DNA of 63,064 bases, the filler included, from Saprolegnia diclina VS20 (Eukaryota): the NCBI RefSeq assembly GCF_000281045.1. It is 5 parts of 2 records of this genome, joined end to end, with 100 filler letters (N's around TTAATTAATTAA, not from the genome) between each part and the next. Parts side by side here need not be neighbours in the genome. Positions count along the whole stretch, not along the records: positions 53,363 to 59,950 come from NW_008246141.1; positions 60,051 to 63,064 come from NW_008246141.1; 3 more parts are not named here. One strand, written 5' to 3'. The notes below the pieces were generated by a model. That model saw only the letters and a program-made list of their open reading frames with translations. It was not told the DNA's origin and did no database searches. Positions 58,218 through 63,064 of this stretch are shown here, piece after piece. The position numbers were made by a program, and so were the translations under genes. How positions within the stretch are numbered: the stretch's first letter is position 1; each line of letters opens with the position of its first letter.

Positions 58218-58929
58218 NNNNNNNNNNNNNNNNNNNNNNNNNNNNNNNNNNNNNNNNNNNNNNNNNNNNNNNNNNNNNNNNNNNNNNNNNNNNNNNNNNN
58301 NNNNNNNNNNNNNNNNNNNNNNNNNNNNNNNNNNNNNNNNNNNNNNNNNNNNNNNNNNNNNNNNNNNNNNNNNNNNNNNNNNNNNNNNNNNNNNNNNNNN
58401 NNNNNNNNNNNNNNNNNNNNNNNNNNNNNNNNNNNNNNNNNNNNNNNNNNNNNNNNNNNNNNNNNNNNNNNNNNNNNNNNNNNNNNNNNNNNNNNNNNNN
58501 NNNNNNNNNNNNNNNNNNNNNNNNNNNNNNNNNNNNNNNNNNNNNNNNNNNNNNNNNNNNNNNNNNNNNNNNNNNNNNNNNNNNNNNNNNNNNNNNNNNN
58601 NNNNNNNNNNNNNNNNNNNNNNNNNNNNNNNNNNNNNNNNNNNNNNNNNNNNNNNNNNNNNNNNNNNNNNNNNNNNNNNNNNNNNNNNNNNNNNNNNNNN
58701 NNNNNNNNNNNNNNNNNNNNNNNNNNNNNNNNNNNNNNNNNNNNNNNNNNNNNNNNNNNNNNNNNNNNNNNNNNNNNNNNNNNNNNNNNNNNNNNNNNNN
58801 NNNNNNNNNNNNNNNNNNNNNNNNNNNNNNNNNNNNNNNNNNNNNNNNNNNNNNNNNNNNNNNNNNNNNNNNNNNNNNNNNNNNNNNNNNNNNNNNNNNN
58901 NNNNNNNNNNNNNNNNNNNNNNAGATACT

Positions 58930-59720
58930 TGAGTGCAGCCAATGTCATTTGGCTCAAAGGATGTAAACTTGAGTACTGTTGGTCTTTTGATAAAATTGGC
59001 GGCCGCACAGCGCGTGATCCACTCTTGCATGATTGTAGGCGTCTCTAGCACCGACGTGGCGTCGCCGACGTGCACGAAATTCTGCTGCTGCATCACATCA
59101 TGGCCGGGCGGTGCGTGCATGCTGAGCTCGATGAGCATAGTACCTATGGTGTTGCGTGCCTGCCCACAACAGACAAGATACACCAATCGAGTAGACATCT
59201 GAGGACGCACTGCGAGTAAGTGCTTCGGGTGCCGTACACGATGCCAATGCGACATGCTCTATAGTCGACAGTTCGAACGTGCGCGATGCAACGGTTCGTT
59301 AGCTCTGTGCCCTTGGCCTCTCAAAGGACATTCTTGGCCTGGAGGTCACCGTGGACAACTGCTTGGTCGAGCGTATAAAGGTAGACGAGCTCAAAGACGA
59401 TGCTTTGAACAATCCTAGCCTCATCGCGCCACGTAAACTGCGTCGCATGATGGGTCGCGAGGTGGGTGCGAAGGTCGTCGAGGTCCATGCACTCGACAAC
59501 GCACTCAGCATTGATTGGCTGCACCCAACTAATGCGACAATAATGTCCAAGCTTTCCAGTCTGCACATAACGGGAATGGAACATAGGGATAGGGTAAGCA
59601 TGGGCGTGACGACGAGTGAAATCTCTATGACGAAGCGTTGGACCGAGATGGGGTCCTTGCAGACGTTGCAGACGCTGTCCATCACCAAGTGTAGTTGCTA
59701 CGGCCACGGTACGCCAGCGT
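58930..59720 (-). pseudogene. Decayed G/H-type receptor kinase pseudogene
   Basis: KDPISVQRFVIEISL, ECMDLDDLRTHLATHHATQFTWRD..VQSIVFELVYLYTLD, catalytic loop mutated to HGDLQAKN; frameshifts. Confidence 0.75.
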
Positions 59721-60050
59721 TTTTTGCTGCTGCAAACCAGCTGCAAACCTTGCTGCAAACGCAGGCTACAACCCGGGCAATGTTGGCAAACTGCTGTCGC
59801 CGGCAATGGCCAGGCCGCGGCCTGTATGCACTACAAGTACGCTTGCGTATTTTCATTGGCACTAGCCAAACTACGCCATCTGGTGTCTGGGAATCAACGA
59901 CATACATGTAGCTACATCTGGTTTCTGGGAATTGAAGTCAAATGCCATTCNNNNNNNNNNNNNNNNNNNNNNNNNNNNNNNNNNNNNNNNNNNNTTAATT
60001 AATTAANNNNNNNNNNNNNNNNNNNNNNNNNNNNNNNNNNNNNNNNNNNN

Positions 60051-61504
60051 TGGCCTCGAGGAGCGAGCTCTTTTGCAGCAAGCAGCGTCTTGGCACAGAT
60101 TGTACTAGTAAGAGACTGCTGTGCACAAATAACGTCAATCGAGTCGTTGACCAGTGCCAGAGCAAGAACCAAAGAGCGCCGCGGTATGCGGACGGTCCAC
60201 TGCGACGATCGGGTGCAGTCGTCGGTCGATGTGAACGGCGCCTGCACATACGTTTGAGGCTCGAGATACGTGCAGAAAGGGCTGCCGCCATAAACCAAGA
60301 GGTTACTTGGCCACGCAGGCGGCACGGGCGTCACCACCAAAGCACCGTCAAGTGCCGAGTACAAAGCTGCGGACGATGCATTCAAGGTGTCGTGAAACGC
60401 AGAGATAAGGTCGGTTGCCAAAGCGCCGACGGGCGACAGCACCGGCACGATGTACAGATCGATCGCTAGAAACGGTCCCAGCGTATCACGAACGACACCG
60501 ATGTGGCGCTCGTACGGGCTGAGACCAATAAAGGATTCGAACGGCCTCGGGGATTGGCCATCGCACCATGTATTGAGGATATCGTCCGGTGTACCACGAA
60601 TAAGACTCGCGTTGCAGTGGCCGGCAAATAGCAGATCCAGGACAAAGGGAGGGCTAAAGACGACGGTTGTCCAAGGGCCCTGGCTCTCGACGGTGCTTTT
60701 CAAGATGACACTCGTCTCCAGACCAAACACATTGCGGAGCGTCACTGTCTCGACAAGACCCGGCAGAAAGAGGTTGTGCCACTGGTAGCGAAACGCGCCA
60801 ATGCCATGGCGCTGCCAATATGCCACTTCTTCGTCGACACTGGTCGCAACCGATGCGATGGCATCAAGCCATTCAACGCCCGCGACCGTCCCTTCCAGAC
60901 CACGCAGAATCGCAATTTCGTAGTTACTACCAGGAGTATGGTACGCGGCCGCAAAAGCATGACGGTCCGTGTTGCGCAAGACAGACTCGAGGTACACGGC
61001 GCCGTTGGCAGCGTACTGAGCGAGGCAGCGCTGCTGACGAGCCGCCGTATGCGCGAGCTCAAACGCCTTGTTAAAGTCAACCCAGCAGTACTGCGTCGGC
61101 TGCGCCATCAAATTATCGTCAACCGACGTGTTGCGGAGGCGCGCGATGGCACCCGGTAGCGTCGTTAGCTTGGCCGAGGCCAGCGCCATCGCGTATGTTG
61201 GATGTACAACTGCTGTAGCCAGCAGACTGCTGTAGCGCGCCTCGAGCATCACCAAGTGCAAGTCGACAGTCGAGCCATCTGGCGCCGTCTCGAGAAGTGC
61301 GTTTAGAATGTCAATCAGGAAGGCTTGGTACCCGGACGCATTGAAGTGAGGCCAAAGGAGGTTGTTGGCAAGCGGCGGCTGTAGCAAAAAGAGGTAGTAG
61401 ACGCTTCCGGCCAGCGTCATGCAGAGCCACGTCATGCCCAAAAGCATCGACGCGCGTTGGTGGCGGGACCGCAGCTCGTGAGGTGGTGCTGGTTGCACGC
61501 GCAT
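60051..61504 (-). CDS. N-terminal part of another large duplicated membrane-protein paralog (cut by contig join)
   Basis: MRVQP...LANNLLWPHFNASGYQAF...TQYCWVDFNKAFELAHTAARQQRC..ANGAVYLESVLRN; frame open up to the spacer. Confidence 0.85.
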
Positions 61505-61859
61505 CGTCGTGGGTTCGGAGGCTGGACTTGGTGCGAGTTGCGTCGGTAGCAGTTGGAACGTTACCTATCAAGCCGTTACTCGGGGGCCTTGTAGGCAGCG
61601 CAGCGAGCCATGGTAGGGAGCATCGCCTTGTCGATCTTGGCACGGCCCGTGGATTCAACCGGCCTGCACACGTACTACCAACAAACTAGCAGCTAGGCTA
61701 GTGAAGCACATAGTCGAGGAGAGAGGACGAGGAAGAGGGATGGGCCGGACAAAGGCGCACGGGATGTGCGCAGTCGGGTGGTCAAATTGAAGTGAGGCCG
61801 CAATGGCTCTGACCTGTGATGTCAAATATAACGAGAGAGACAGCCCGCCACGTTCTCCA

Positions 61860-62506
61860 ATTTGCAGTCGTTACTCGATTCTGCTGCAGAACACAACTGC
61901 AGCCGTCGCTGCGCTCAATATTAGTGTCATGCAGATTGCCTCGGATGTGAGCCGAGCCAACAACTCGCTGGTACTGCAGCCGCTACTAAAGCCACCTTCA
62001 CATTCCACGGTGGATCCTCCTCTTGGACTGATTGCCCGTGTCCGTGAAGTGATAACACTACAATGCGACTACGGAACATCGCCCGGTCCAAGCCACCATC
62101 AAAAACAGTATCACCTAGTTATGAGATTGCTACATTGGACTACCAAGTGGTGTGTGTGGCAGGCAGTGTCGTGATTGGATCATTGGAGCGACTTCTGCCT
62201 CTGGTGAGTTTGGTGATTGTCTGCAATGGCGTCTGTTTTGGTCTGGTGCGCCGTCTCTGGAAGCGGCCGCATCCAAATGTGAGCTCGTCGATGCTGCTCT
62301 GTGGCGGAGCCAAGTGCCTCTTTAGTCACGACGGCTGGATGGATGAGGATGGAACGTACTTTTTGGACCGTGCGTCGGCAGTTCTGAATGGGCTGCTGAG
62401 CGTTTGGTATCAAAATCAGTGGGTCGTCGTTGACGTCAAGACGTGGTGCGTCCACAAGCTCGAGGTGGGCCATCTCCAAACTATCGTGAGGCGAAGCCAG
62501 GCTTGA
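61860..62506 (+). pseudogene. Internally deleted remnant of the large membrane-protein family (second-half pieces)
   Basis: ALNISVMQIASD..REVITLQCDYG, then after a deletion/frameshift LDYQVVCVAG..LLCGGAKCLF..YFLDRASAVLNGL..DVKTW. Confidence 0.7.
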
Positions 62507-62812
62507 GTCGTCGTATTTTCCACGCGCCCCCCCTTTCTTGCCACATTTAACATCGGTTTCCAGCCACATTTAACATCGGTTTCGCACGGCAAGCAGCATT
62601 CGTAGTGCGTTTTTTGTTTCAACGACAACAACGTTCAAGTGGTGTTTCTTGCTTTCGATAGTCGCCTCAAACCGCTGGTTGGAGTCCTCGGTAGCAATCT
62701 GGTATTAGCAAAATGATGTCGTTGGGTCTCGTGTATGCGACTGTTTTCGGTATATCGTGGGGCAGGTCGAAACGCCAGAGGCGTAACCGATTGGTTTCAC
62801 AAAAGGCAGCTC

Positions 62813-63064
62813 ATGCGCGTCCAGCCGATGATAGACCCTCGCGGTGACCCACCGCGGCTCGGATGGTTCATCTTGGGTGCACTTTGGCTCTGTGCGACAC
62901 TGGCAGGTAGCATCTACTACCTACGGTTGCTGCAACCACCGCTCGCCAACGATCTTCTCTGGCCGTACTACAATGTGTCTGGATACCAAACGTTCATCGC
63001 CGATGTCCTTAACACGTTTCTCGAGACAGCGCCCGATGGATCCACCGTCGACTTGCAGTCTGTG
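62813..63064 (+). CDS. Start of another large membrane-protein paralog (runs off the window)
   Basis: MRVQPMIDP..LGALWLCATLAGSIYYLRLLQPPLANDLLWPYYNVSGYQTF, close to the 61504 copy. Confidence 0.8.
   Translation, partial: MRVQPMIDPRGDPPRLGWFILGALWLCATLAGSIYYLRLLQPPLANDLLWPYYNVSGYQTFIADVLNTFLETAPDGSTVDLQSV

Noticed and set aside
62540..62583. 23-bp tandem duplication containing CCACATTTAACATCGGTTTC
   Set aside because: A simple two-copy slippage duplication with no supporting context.

Overview
Eukaryotic, GC-rich draft-genome sequence with many short (about 42-52 nt) GT-AG introns, mostly with GTAC donors. Gene content (elicitin-like proteins, LRR-TKL receptor kinases, a large duplicated membrane-protein family) points to an oomycete, most likely a Saprolegniales water mould (inference). 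It has several N gaps and four artificial 100-nt N44-TTAATTAATTAA-N44 joins. From left to right: a secretory DnaJ gene; two tandem membrane-tethered thaumatin/Bys1-like genes; several copies and remnants of a ~1750-aa internally duplicated polytopic membrane protein; three elicitin-like genes; a coiled-coil/TM gene; a perfect 41-bp hairpin; a DUF985 cupin; an RTE-like LINE remnant; a mirror-image array of six LRR receptor kinases; a TLC-domain gene; a zinc-finger gene with a piggyBac-like Cys-rich domain; a bacterial-type DUF5713-like gene; a 2OG-Fe(II) oxygenase; PIG-Y; a two-domain elicitin-like gene; and a second head-to-head receptor-kinase pair with a pseudogene. The most striking system is the receptor-kinase array. 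Each LRR sits on its own frame-symmetric phase-2 mini-exon, ectodomains are highly diverged, and kinase halves, including introns, are nearly identical between inverted partners. This looks like a 'variable sensor / constant kinase' architecture. Family calls come from motif recognition, not database searches.
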